A DNA stretch of 29,992 nucleotides from a virus (lineage: Duplodnaviria > Caudoviricetes): the IMG/VR virus record IMGVR_UViG_3300028586_000062, positions 1 to 29,992 of that record; one strand, 5' to 3'. This document shows, piece after piece, positions 8,395 to 17,286 of the stretch. The position numbers and the translations under genes were made by a program. The notes under the pieces are model-generated. The model was not told the origin of the DNA. It made no database searches and worked only from the letters and a program-made list of their open reading frames with translations. Numbering within the stretch: the stretch's first letter is position 1; each line of letters begins with the position of its first letter.

Positions 8395-8718
8395 CTACGT
8401 CGTTGGGGAGGCCGCATCCTTCGCGGACTTCGGCAGCAAAAAATCCATGACCTCGCCACCGAGCTGCATGAAGTCGGCCGGGTCGAGCTGGCCGATGTCG
8501 TGCTTGGTGAGCTGCGGCGTGGTGATGCGCGGCAGCAGCGTTTCAAGCGCGGTGTAGTCGAGTTGCGACAGCGCCATCATGGTCGTACCGCGCAGCTCGC
8601 CTGCAGAAGGCTTGCGCACCTGAACGGTGCCGACGGTTGCGTTACCGATCTGCAGGGGGAAATCGAGGGTGATGGTGCGCAGACTGGTCGAGCTGGTGAG
8701 AGTGGTCTTGTCGGTCAT
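8395..8718 (-). CDS. E: Tail assembly chaperone E
   Basis: VRKPSAGELRG...LLPRITTPQLT...LDPADFMQLGGEVMDFLL. Confidence 0.92.
   Translation of the reverse strand: MTDKTTLTSSTSLRTITLDFPLQIGNATVGTVQVRKPSAGELRGTTMMALSQLDYTALETLLPRITTPQLTKHDIGQLDPADFMQLGGEVMDFLLPKSAKDAASPTT
8437..8443 (-). other. -1 programmed ribosomal frameshift site TTTTTTG
   Basis: Minus strand GAT TTT TTG. A -1 slip reads FAAEVREGCGLPNDVGEA-MADIAL without a stop into E'. Same T6G signal as P2 E/E'. Confidence 0.85.
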
Positions 8719-8771
8719 GACATGGGTCTTTCGTGGATCGGGGCCGCGGTTCGGCCGGGGAGGTTTCAGCG

Positions 8772-8798
8772 GCTGGGGCGTCGGCGGGACGCCCCAGC
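8772..8798 (-). terminator. Hairpin after FII (partial terminator or mRNA stabiliser)
   Basis: GCTGGGGCGTC-N5-GACGCCCCAGC, a perfect 11-bp stem starting 3 nt after the FII stop; no U-tract. Confidence 0.5.
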
Positions 8799-8801
8799 GC
8801 G

Positions 8802-9311
8802 TTAGAAGTCGAGGGCGTTGCGGATCGCGGCTCGGCGATCGACACCGCCGACGAACAGCACGCCGTTCAACGGATCGGCTTCGATCAGCGTCTCACCGTT
8901 CCAGGTGAGCTTGTAGTAAGAGAGCGCGGTCTTCACCTTGAACTCGCCACCCTCGCCGGGCTTGATCTCGCCCATGTCGATCTCTTCGTGACGGCCCCGA
9001 ATCACGACCTCAATCCGATCGACATCCCCGGTATCGTCCTGCTGCCAGGCGCCGGCGAAGCGGAGCTGCACGCCCGCAATGTCGGTTTCACCGTACTGGC
9101 TAAGAACGTCCTTCATTGGTCCGCCAAGCGACCATTCCATCTCCATGGCGTCGCCGCCCATGTCGATCTTTACGGCCGAGTCCATGCCGCCTCCGCGCCA
9201 GTCCTCGAGCTTACGGGTCAGCTTGGGCAGAGTGACGCTTGCCCACTCGCCAAGGTATCGGTTGCCGTTGTTGAACAACTGGCCGTCTTTGTGTTTGCGG
9301 GGCAGGCCCAT
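8802..9311 (-). CDS. FII: Major tail tube protein FII
   Basis: MGLPRKHK...VTLPKLTRKLEDWRGGGM...RGRHEEIDMG...YYKLTWNG. Confidence 0.96.
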   Translation of the reverse strand: MGLPRKHKDGQLFNNGNRYLGEWASVTLPKLTRKLEDWRGGGMDSAVKIDMGGDAMEMEWSLGGPMKDVLSQYGETDIAGVQLRFAGAWQQDDTGDVDRIEVVIRGRHEEIDMGEIKPGEGGEFKVKTALSYYKLTWNGETLIEADPLNGVLFVGGVDRRAAIRNALDF

Positions 9312-9342
9312 TGCGTTTCTCCGTTACGAAAAGAGGGTGAGG

Positions 9343-10530
9343 TCAGGCGGTCCCGACGAGGCTGGCGAAGTCGGCCAGATATTCGTCGGTGATCTGCTGC
9401 TCGAGCCCGAGGCATTCGAGCGGATAGACCGGCGTGTAGCGGTAGCTGATCGCGAGCTTGCCCATCTTGAGTTGCGCGGTCGGGTTTTTCATCGCGTCGA
9501 ACCACGCCTCCGCGCCGAGGATGTACCCGCCGGCCTTCAGCTTGCGGAACGCGGCGTTGATCTGCTCGACGATGTCGCGTGCGAGGCTCGGCAACAGCGG
9601 CTTGTCGATCGCCCACAGCACGCCTGCCACGATCGAATCGGCGAGGACCTGCGCGGTCCGCGTCGCGCTCTCGAACGTGAAGGCATCGTCGGCTGGGGCG
9701 CAGGTATGGTTGCCCCAGAAGCGCAGCTCGCCGTTGATCCGGACGATGGTGGTGATCTGCGCGGCGTTGATGATGTTCGCATCGGCGTCGGCGTCCTGCA
9801 GATCGAACTGGACGTCCTTCGTCAGGCCGTCGACACCGGCAACGGGCACGTTCGACAGCGTCTTGTGGAACCCCTGGTCCTGGTCGATCGCGGCGCGCAG
9901 GCCAAGCGCACGCGCGACGGCGAAGCTCGGCACGTCGGCACCGTTCGCACCGAGCGGCGCGGTGAAGTCCGGCCAGATCAGCATCAGCTCGCGCTGGGTG
10001 AAGTTCCCGCGATAGGCGACGATGGCCGTGCGATCCGCACCGACCGCGCCGGCATAGGCCATGCCGCGTAGGCGCTTGGCGACCGTCGCCAGCCCGATCG
10101 CGACCGCCTTCGTGTCGAGACCGGGCGCACCGATGATGCGCGGTCGATATCGAACCTGTGCTTCGGCCGCGAGCAACGCCTGCATGCCGGTCTTGATGCC
10201 GGCGACGTCGGCGCCGATGACGGCTGCGTCCGTGGCCGCGGCGTCGGCGCCCGGTGCGACGCGGACGATCACGACCGGGCAGCGCACCTGGTCGGCGATG
10301 GCGAGCAGCGCGCCCTTCATCGTGCCGGTCGCGCCGGCTGCGGCAATGGCGTCGGCGATCGTCATGGCCGAGGTCGGTGCGCCGACTAGAACGGGCGTGT
10401 TGAGCGGGAAGACGTCAGCCGAGGCGGCGGGCGCGGTCACGACCAGGCCGATGACGGCGGTGCCGATCGTCGCGATCGTGCGCGAGACGCTGGCGGTCTC
10501 GTTTACGTTGATCCCATGGAGAAACGTCAT
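9343..10530 (-). CDS. FI: Tail sheath protein FI
   Basis: FLHGINVNE...TAVIGLV...PRIIGAPGLD...QRELMLIWPDF...GFHKTLSNVPV...RFWGN. Confidence 0.96.
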   Translation of the reverse strand: MTFLHGINVNETASVSRTIATIGTAVIGLVVTAPAASADVFPLNTPVLVGAPTSAMTIADAIAAAGATGTMKGALLAIADQVRCPVVIVRVAPGADAAATDAAVIGADVAGIKTGMQALLAAEAQVRYRPRIIGAPGLDTKAVAIGLATVAKRLRGMAYAGAVGADRTAIVAYRGNFTQRELMLIWPDFTAPLGANGADVPSFAVARALGLRAAIDQDQGFHKTLSNVPVAGVDGLTKDVQFDLQDADADANIINAAQITTIVRINGELRFWGNHTCAPADDAFTFESATRTAQVLADSIVAGVLWAIDKPLLPSLARDIVEQINAAFRKLKAGGYILGAEAWFDAMKNPTAQLKMGKLAISYRYTPVYPLECLGLEQQITDEYLADFASLVGTA

Positions 10531-10541
10531 GCGTAGTCCTT

Positions 10542-10910
10542 TCAGGCGGTGAGCGCGGAGGCCGCGCGGACGGGAATGGTGAGGTCGAGCGTTGCGATCG
10601 GGGCGGCGACATCGACGCGCCTACTGACGATACGCAGGGCAAAAGAGCCGGGTTCGGCACCGCTGCCGAGGCCGATGCGCGAGACGCGCACGCGCCGCTC
10701 CTGCCGCATGATAGCGAGTGCGGTTGCCGCGAAGATGCGGATCCGGCCGAGCTCGTTCATCGGCTGATCGAACAGCTCGGGCAGTTCGCTGCCGTATTCG
10801 CGTCGACCGATGCGCGTGCCGAGCGGCGTGCCAAGGATATCGGCGATCGACTGGCGAATGTGATCCGCGCCGGTCAGCAACCCACCGGTGTTGCGGTCCA
10901 TGCCGATCAT
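10542..10910 (-). CDS. W: Baseplate wedge protein W (gp25-like)
   Basis: GMDRNTG...HIRQSIADILGTPLGTRIGRREYGS. Confidence 0.94.
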   Translation of the reverse strand: MIGMDRNTGGLLTGADHIRQSIADILGTPLGTRIGRREYGSELPELFDQPMNELGRIRIFAATALAIMRQERRVRVSRIGLGSGAEPGSFALRIVSRRVDVAAPIATLDLTIPVRAASALTA

Positions 10911-11461
10911 CGCGGCGGTCCCGAGAATGCCGCGCCCGCCTGGACGCCGGTGTGGGTATGGGACTTGAGGCTCTTGCCGTCCGCGACGACGTCGCCGGTC
11001 GCTTTCATCGCGCCTTGAAGATCGATGTCACCTTCGACCGTCACAGGGCCGACCAAGCGGATGCCGCCCGGCGCGACGATCGTCGCCTTGCCGTTCGATC
11101 CCAGCGACGCGGTAAGCTCGCCAGAGCCGGGGTCGTATCCAAACCACGCACCATCCTCGAACTCGATCCGCGTCGAGCCGTCGTTTGCGGGGTGCGGGTG
11201 GGTGTCGGAGCTGAGGCTACCGACGACGATCGCGCGGGCGGTGTCGCCCTCGGGGCAGAGTACCACGACCTGTTCGTCGGCCGAGGGCGGCGACCAGACA
11301 CGAGTCTTGCCAACGCGCGCAGCAAGCCAGGGGATGTCGCCGGTAGTGAAATCGTCGGCGAACCGGACGCGGCAGGTGCCTGCCCCGAGGTCGACAGACG
11401 CGATGATTCCTTCGCGCGCAACGTCGCCAATGAGGCGCTGACTATCGGCAGGATCGGACAT
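10907..11461 (-). CDS. V: Baseplate spike protein V
   Basis: IPWLAARVGKTRVWSPPSADEQV...FEDGAWFGYD...SLKSHTHTGV (HxH metal tip). Confidence 0.95.
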   Translation of the reverse strand: MSDPADSQRLIGDVAREGIIASVDLGAGTCRVRFADDFTTGDIPWLAARVGKTRVWSPPSADEQVVVLCPEGDTARAIVVGSLSSDTHPHPANDGSTRIEFEDGAWFGYDPGSGELTASLGSNGKATIVAPGGIRLVGPVTVEGDIDLQGAMKATGDVVADGKSLKSHTHTGVQAGAAFSGPPR

Positions 11462-11503
11462 CCGCGCACCATGGCGGCGGGAATTACGATACGTCGCGTG
11501 TCC

Positions 11504-11532
11504 GGTCTTGTAGAGAGCCTCTCTACAAGACC
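11504..11532. promoter_or_regulatory. Late-promoter palindrome upstream of V (putative Ogr site)
   Basis: GGTCTTGTAGAGAG-C-CTCTCTACAAGACC, perfect 14+1+14; centre is 57 nt upstream of the V ATG. Confidence 0.8.
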
Positions 11533-11539
11533 CGGTGCA

Positions 11540-11758
11540 TCAGTCAGTTCGGGCCAGCATCTCGGCTCCAGCGTCATATGCGGCGCGCATCGCCGACAAC
11601 GCCTCGGTATCATTGCGGTTTGCACGGTACAGAGCGCCGAAGTCGCTCTTGATGATCCATTCGGGCGAGGGCGCATGGCCCCGCCAGGTGAGCGCAAACC
11701 CTGCGACGCCGTCGCGCGTTTCGGGCACCGCGAGTTCGATCCGGGTGATAGTCGCCAT
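11540..11758 (-). CDS. Hypothetical 72-aa protein after the tailspike
   Basis: GAGGA RBS before the ATG; fills the gap between tailspike stop and the palindrome; no recognised motif. Confidence 0.6.
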   Translation of the reverse strand: MATITRIELAVPETRDGVAGFALTWRGHAPSPEWIIKSDFGALYRANRNDTEALSAMRAAYDAGAEMLARTD

Positions 11759-11768
11759 GTTCGATCCT

Positions 11769-14255
11769 CTAAGCGTTCTGGACCACGACTTTTACGTCGT
11801 GTGCCGGCATGTCGATGACCGCGGCGGTCGGGTTGGAATAGCGCACGTCGACCGTCTGGAAGTCCACGACGCGACCGCGGATTAGCAGGTCGCCTTCGTC
11901 GATCGACGGCACGATCTGTACCGTGCTTCCCACGCGCGCACCGGGCACTGTTACTCGGACAATGACCTTCGCACCGGGCGCGAGCGGGCCGGGATCGTAC
12001 CCGGCCAGGGTGGCGGCCGACCGCAGGTAGACCGGCGTGAAGGTTGGCGCGACGTTACCGACAGGCATCCACCGCATGCCGGTATTCGGATCGACATATT
12101 CGCCAGCGCCGACCGGGGCGTTTTGCGAATATCCGGTTCCGCGCGCGGCGACGATCCAGCTTTGCCCGTCGCTCGTTCGGATCTGACCGACCAGAAGATA
12201 ATCCTGCGCCCAGTTCCCACCGCTGATCGCTCCCGAGACCGTGACTTCCCAGTGTGACACCCCTGCGGCGCTGGACGTCGCGTTGAGATACCGCGCGCCG
12301 GCTGCATAGAACCCTTCGCGGTTGGGCACCGCGGAGCGCATGCCGACGATGCGCGCATTGGCCGAATCGTTCGAGTCCTGGATAGCGCAGTCGTGAAGGG
12401 TCATCACACCGGGGAGAGGCACCGGCCCGCCATAGGTGCGAAGCGTATTCACACCGCCTGCCGAAAACTGGGGACGACCGTTGACGGTGTAGGTGAGGTC
12501 TCGATTGCGATACTGTCCGCCGGACCACCGCAGCTCCATATTGTCGGTGTCGGACCGGTGAAGCAGAGGAACGTTCCGGACCACGCGGCTGATGGTATTC
12601 TCGGGGTCGGGTGCTCCAACGATCGTGAATTCGGCCTCGCCGATTGCCGGATAGGTCGGGTTGCTGGTATCGCCCGAGCCGCGATATTGGCCAACCCCAC
12701 GCGGACTCGTCATGCCCAGCGTGCTGCCGGACATCACATGCGAAAGCTGGGTCCACCCCATGTTGGGACCGACGACGGTTGCGGTCGGGCCGTGGCAATA
12801 TCCATAAGCACCTTCGCCCTCAACATAGACGCCGACGAACGTGGGATTGCCGTAGGTGATGATGGGCGCTTGCAGCGGGTAGTCGGTGCCCGCCGTCCAT
12901 TGCGGAAACCTTGTCGAAGCTACGTCAGCAACACCACGATAGTACCAGGACCGATCATTCGTGCCCGGCTCGTCGGACTGGTAAAGCTTGTTGAGAACCT
13001 GCCAGAGCTTGCCCTTGTGGTAGACGCCACCGGTGCCGTAGCCCGCAATATGCGGGGCGATATAGACGTTGGTGAAATAGGCGAAGTCGGCAATGCCGGC
13101 GAGCCCGCAGACCTGTGTCGAGAAGCCGATCGAATAGCCGATATTGGCATCTGCACCACGAACGAAATGCCCGTTGCCGCGCACGGAATGCGCGAAGCAG
13201 TCGATATCGACCCAGTTGGAAGCCTCGCCATACCGGCCGCCGCCATCGGTATAGGCGTCGATGTGGATGCCATCGCCGGCGATATTGATGAACGTGCAGT
13301 TCTCGATCCGTGCTGCCGCCCGCATATCGACTGCGTGTGAGGTGTCGTCGAGCGGCCCCCAGGACACCTGAGAGAATACGATACCGGAAACGCGCGACAT
13401 CGAGTTGCCGACCCGGCCGACTATCCCTGCCGCGGTCGGACCCTGCGTGCCGTTGCTGTTGACCCTTAGGCAACACGTCGAGGCGGGCACCATGATCCAT
13501 GTCGCACCGAAGCCGGGAACGCCACCGTTGCCGCGATAGCTCGCCCCCTTCAGGTTGAACTGGCCTTCCGTCTCAAGCGTCTTCGAGGCGTAGTAGACCC
13601 CTGACGACAATTGAATTTCCGGACTGATTGCGCGCCCGGCGTCGTGCCGATAGCGCATGCATGCGATCAACGCAGGATAGCTGTCGGTCGCCGTTGCGGG
13701 GTTGCCCGTATAATCGGGAAAGGCACCTGCCTGTGCCGGGTAGATCGTGTTGCCGACCAGGACGTAAGACCACCAGCCGCCATTTGCTGCATCGGTGGAG
13801 CCGTCCGGCATGATCCGATCTGCACTTCGGAACGAAAAATACGGGTTGGCCGGATCCGCGGCAACGCGCTTGTACGTGGCCGCACCACCGTCACCAGGGT
13901 TGAGGCGTCCGCGGGTGACGACGACGCGCGCGGTCGCTGGAATTGCCGACACCTTGGCGACGCCGATCGTCTCGAACGTGACGTCGCCGGCTCCCACCGC
14001 AACGGCGAACGGCTTGGTGGCGAGCGCCGCGCTGATCGCCTCTTTCAACCCGGCCGTCGCTTCCTGCGATGCCTTTGCCTCGGCAGCCGCGGCGCGGGAC
14101 TCGGCTTGAAGAGCCGTCGCGGTTTGAAGGACCGGCACCGCCGCAGCCGCGACCAGTGCGCCGATGAGCGCCAGCTTGCTGACGCCCTCCGAAAGGACCG
14201 CGACACCCTCACGGCCGGTTGGCACGTTGAGAAAAGGAAGAGCGGAGATCTTCAT
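11769..14255 (-). CDS. Tailspike/depolymerase-like receptor-binding protein (pectin-lyase-type beta-helix)
   Basis: Start MKISALP (ATG 14255, 1 nt after the H stop). TRGRLNPGDGGAATYKRV tailspike N-domain; GAFPDY...DSYPAL...LSSGVYY beta-helix cap; IENCTFINIAGDGIHI coils; C-terminal VTVPGARVGS...VRYSNPT beta-sandwich. Confidence 0.75.
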   Translation of the reverse strand: MKISALPFLNVPTGREGVAVLSEGVSKLALIGALVAAAAVPVLQTATALQAESRAAAAEAKASQEATAGLKEAISAALATKPFAVAVGAGDVTFETIGVAKVSAIPATARVVVTRGRLNPGDGGAATYKRVAADPANPYFSFRSADRIMPDGSTDAANGGWWSYVLVGNTIYPAQAGAFPDYTGNPATATDSYPALIACMRYRHDAGRAISPEIQLSSGVYYASKTLETEGQFNLKGASYRGNGGVPGFGATWIMVPASTCCLRVNSNGTQGPTAAGIVGRVGNSMSRVSGIVFSQVSWGPLDDTSHAVDMRAAARIENCTFINIAGDGIHIDAYTDGGGRYGEASNWVDIDCFAHSVRGNGHFVRGADANIGYSIGFSTQVCGLAGIADFAYFTNVYIAPHIAGYGTGGVYHKGKLWQVLNKLYQSDEPGTNDRSWYYRGVADVASTRFPQWTAGTDYPLQAPIITYGNPTFVGVYVEGEGAYGYCHGPTATVVGPNMGWTQLSHVMSGSTLGMTSPRGVGQYRGSGDTSNPTYPAIGEAEFTIVGAPDPENTISRVVRNVPLLHRSDTDNMELRWSGGQYRNRDLTYTVNGRPQFSAGGVNTLRTYGGPVPLPGVMTLHDCAIQDSNDSANARIVGMRSAVPNREGFYAAGARYLNATSSAAGVSHWEVTVSGAISGGNWAQDYLLVGQIRTSDGQSWIVAARGTGYSQNAPVGAGEYVDPNTGMRWMPVGNVAPTFTPVYLRSAATLAGYDPGPLAPGAKVIVRVTVPGARVGSTVQIVPSIDEGDLLIRGRVVDFQTVDVRYSNPTAAVIDMPAHDVKVVVQNA

Positions 14256-14256
14256 A

Positions 14257-15714
14257 TCAGTGTCCGAATGCACGCCAACGGAAGCCACCCGAGGCGTCCG
14301 CCGTGGGCGATTTGTGGTTTTGGGCGAAGAGCTGCGCGCTGGCGGCGCTGAGCGTGATCTCCTGGACGGTCGACTGACCGTCGTTCGATGCACTGCTATT
14401 GATGATGGTGGTGAAGATGCCGTCGCACGCCGTCGGAAACGCCCAGGGGAAGTTCAGCGTGAAGATGCTCTCGCTGCCCGGCAGCGCCGACACGCCCATC
14501 ATATCGACGCTGCCATCTGAGAAGCGGCGATACCTGTTCGCGCCGTCCGACTTGCTCTCGACGAGGTAGATGACACCCGCCGCGGCGAGTGCGGCCGGCG
14601 TGGCGGCGACGTTGCTCGCGGTGCCGGCGAGCAGCTGCCCGGCAGTCGCGGCCGGCACCGAGATCGTGATGTCGGTGGTGAGCGCGTTTCCGCCGATCGC
14701 GAGACCGGCCGTATTGACGCGGCGCGCCAGCGGCACGCGCGCGAGGATCGAGGCGATGATGTTGACCAGGCTGGATGGCGTCAGTGCCTTGGTGGTCAGC
14801 TCGCCGGCATCGGCCTCGACCGCGGTAGCGCGCGGGACGTCAATCGTGATGTCGGCATCGAGCGTTCGACCGCCGGTCGCGAGGCCGATGGTGTTGACCT
14901 TGCGACCGAACGGCACGCTGTTGGCGAGCAGCACGAGGATGTTCGCCAGGCTGGACGGCGTCAGGGCCTTCGTCTGTAACAATCCCGCATCGGCTTCCGC
15001 TGCGGTCGCGCGCGGCACGTCGATCGTAACGTCGCCATCGAGCGCGCGACCGCCGGTTGCGAGACCAATGGTGTCGACCCGACGCGTTGCGGGCACGAGT
15101 CCTGCGATCGTCACAAGGATCGACGCGAACCGGGCGTCGATCGACGCTTTCAGCGCATCGATCCCCGCGATGATTTGCGCCAGTCGCGCCGCCAGTCCCT
15201 TTGGCGTGACGGCACGGCTCGCGTCGATACCGTCGATTGTCTCGGCATCGGTCGCCAGCTCGACGACGCCTTGCGTCTCGGTGGTCGAAGGCGGGATGAG
15301 GAAGTTCGCATCGCCGAACGTGACCTTGGCGACGTTCGCTGCCGGGAAGGCGATGTCGATCGCCAGCACGTTCGACGCCTGCGCGGATTTCTCGATGATC
15401 CGGTCGGTCTGGCCGTAGACGGCGAACAGGGTGCCGTCCGACAGGTACAAGCCGAAGGCGCGGACGCCGTAACTGATCACCGCATCGTCGCGCACGATCA
15501 GGTGCACGATGTTGTTACCGACCTGCGCACCCGAGATCGAGGCGATGCGGCGGATCTCGCCGGGCAGTGCCGTCAGGGTCGGCGCAACGACGATGACGCT
15601 GTCGGTCATGCCGACCGACGAAATCCGCAGATCGACGGCATCGCCGAGCTGCGCCGCAGTGAAGCGGTCAAGTCCTGCATCGGTCATCGTGAGTATCAAT
15701 GCGGGGGTGTTCAT
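14257..15714 (-). CDS. H: Tail fibre protein H
   Basis: Start MNTPALILTMTDAG (ATGA overlap with I). FGLYLSDGTLFAVY baseplate-binding domain, GVVELATDAE...AVTPKGL fibre motif, C-terminal FPWAFPTAC...FRWRAFGH domain. Confidence 0.88.
   Translation of the reverse strand: MNTPALILTMTDAGLDRFTAAQLGDAVDLRISSVGMTDSVIVVAPTLTALPGEIRRIASISGAQVGNNIVHLIVRDDAVISYGVRAFGLYLSDGTLFAVYGQTDRIIEKSAQASNVLAIDIAFPAANVAKVTFGDANFLIPPSTTETQGVVELATDAETIDGIDASRAVTPKGLAARLAQIIAGIDALKASIDARFASILVTIAGLVPATRRVDTIGLATGGRALDGDVTIDVPRATAAEADAGLLQTKALTPSSLANILVLLANSVPFGRKVNTIGLATGGRTLDADITIDVPRATAVEADAGELTTKALTPSSLVNIIASILARVPLARRVNTAGLAIGGNALTTDITISVPAATAGQLLAGTASNVAATPAALAAAGVIYLVESKSDGANRYRRFSDGSVDMMGVSALPGSESIFTLNFPWAFPTACDGIFTTIINSSASNDGQSTVQEITLSAASAQLFAQNHKSPTADASGGFRWRAFGH
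14578..15096 (-). repeat. Three degenerate 180-bp (60-aa) tandem repeats in the tail fibre
   Basis: Units begin at 15096 (VPATRRVDTIGLATGG), 14916 (VPFGRKVNTIGLATGG) and 14736 (VPLARRVNTAGLAIGG). Confidence 0.9.
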
Positions 15715-16355
15715 GCAGCGTCCTCGATAAAATCGCCGGTGTCGTCCTGCAGGGGCTCGCCATCTTCGGTCTGAAGGTACGCGGCCCATGGCGCGGCCGG
15801 AGCGGTGCCGAGCGCGACGGTGTGACGGAGCAACTGGACCGCGCGCACTACGCCCATGACGCCGATCGTGCCGGCGACGGCGAGGTGCTGGACCAGGCGG
15901 AAGTGTTCGCGCAGTGGCTTCGTCCGCGAGACCTCGCGAATGATGGTCTCGGCAAACGCGGCGGTCGCGCGGGTGCCGCTTGGCGCTGTGCCATCGACGG
16001 TGAGCGGGAGTATGATTTCGAAGGTATGTGGGGCGGCACGCGGTTTGGCTTCGAACCATTCGACGACGTAGGCGAGCTGGTCGAACCGATGCAGCACCGT
16101 CTCCACCGAAACGCGCGTGCCCTTGATCCGGTGAAGCGCGATCGAGCTGGCGACCGCCTGGCGCTTGACCGCCTCGCTCCAGTCCGCGTCCCAGCTATCG
16201 AGCGACAGCCCCCAGCCGAGCCACGGCAACCAGTCCGCATCGATCGTGGCAGGATCGAGCAGGGTATCGATCGGTGCGGTGACGTCGCCGATACGTGCCG
16301 TTGCCGCCTCGAGCGCGCGTTCGAGCGGCGTTGCGTTCGGTGGCAGCAGCGTCAC
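15711..16355 (-). CDS. I: Baseplate/tail protein I
   Basis: LLPPNATPLERALE...LPWLGWGLSLDSWD...HRIKGT...VVEWFE; GTG start overlaps the J stop. Confidence 0.93.
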   Translation of the reverse strand: MTLLPPNATPLERALEAATARIGDVTAPIDTLLDPATIDADWLPWLGWGLSLDSWDADWSEAVKRQAVASSIALHRIKGTRVSVETVLHRFDQLAYVVEWFEAKPRAAPHTFEIILPLTVDGTAPSGTRATAAFAETIIREVSRTKPLREHFRLVQHLAVAGTIGVMGVVRAVQLLRHTVALGTAPAAPWAAYLQTEDGEPLQDDTGDFIEDAA

Positions 16356-17245
16356 GACGCGAACCCGCCGTGCGAGACCGCGATGGCGGTGCAGTAGGCG
16401 GCTTGCGTCGCATCGCATGCAACGTCGGCAGCGAGATCGAGGTCGACCCGGTGCACGCCTTTCGGACTGAGAGCAGCCATAAGGCCCGATCGGGTGATGG
16501 TGCGGCCGAGCTTGCGGTTCTCGGCAAGGAAGGCGACCAGCGCATCGCGCGCGGTCGCGACGATAAGGTCGGGATCGGGGCCGGAGAAGGTGAGAAGCCG
16601 CGCGGTGACGACAAACGGTACGATGCGGGCAGACGCGACGGTGACGAGATCGCCGAGCGGTCGAATGCCCGGATCGTTCACGATCGTCGTAACCTTGGCG
16701 AGCAGATCCGCCGGGGCCGTGCCGTCGCCGCTGCGATTCAGGACCGATACCAGGACTTCCCCCGGTGTCGTGCTGATCGCGCTGGCGTCGAGGACGTCGG
16801 CCGACGCGTCCTTCGCATGCTTGACGTAGGCCAGCTCGGGGCCAGCAACCGAGAAACCTTCGGGCGCGAGAACGATGCGCTGGCGCAAGCGATCGTCGTC
16901 TTCGTAGATCGCCGCTGCGCCTGTCGCCGCGTTGGCGGGCGTGACGATCTGGCGGGTGACGCCGACCAGGGCGGCGAGATGATCAAGGCGTGCGCCGGTC
17001 GCGTATGCGACGAAGAGCTGAAGCGCGCCGTCCTGGAATGCCTGCCGCACGATCAGCTCGCGGTATGCGGCGACGTGCAGCACCTTCACCGCGGGATCGC
17101 TATCGATCGTCGCATCGAACGCCGGCAATTCCACGCGCAGTGTCGTGACCATCTGGTCGACGATCTGGTCGAACGTCAGTTGCTCGACAACGATCGGTGC
17201 GGGAAGGCGCGACAGATCGACGGTGGTGGAAGTGGTGGTCGTCAT
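16352..17245 (-). CDS. J: Baseplate protein J
   Basis: VDLSRLPAPIVVEQLTF...SDPAVK...AYREL...EDDDRLRQRIVLAPEGFSVAGP...RPLGD. Confidence 0.96.
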   Translation of the reverse strand: MTTTTSTTVDLSRLPAPIVVEQLTFDQIVDQMVTTLRVELPAFDATIDSDPAVKVLHVAAYRELIVRQAFQDGALQLFVAYATGARLDHLAALVGVTRQIVTPANAATGAAAIYEDDDRLRQRIVLAPEGFSVAGPELAYVKHAKDASADVLDASAISTTPGEVLVSVLNRSGDGTAPADLLAKVTTIVNDPGIRPLGDLVTVASARIVPFVVTARLLTFSGPDPDLIVATARDALVAFLAENRKLGRTITRSGLMAALSPKGVHRVDLDLAADVACDATQAAYCTAIAVSHGGFAS

Positions 17246-17286
17246 GGCCGGGCCATGTCGGCGCGCTTCGGGGCGGAAGGCTACCG

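Noticed and set aside
11769-15714. Diversity-generating retroelement or invertase-driven fibre switching
   Set aside because: No reverse transcriptase, template/variable repeat pair or invertase was seen; the fibre repeats are in-frame and degenerate.
14257-16059. Over-extended starts in the ORF track (H, spike, I, U, S, R, SGNH, spanins, endolysin, L, Q)
   Set aside because: The upstream extensions overlap neighbouring genes; downstream starts fit family N-termini, RBSs and stop/start overlaps.
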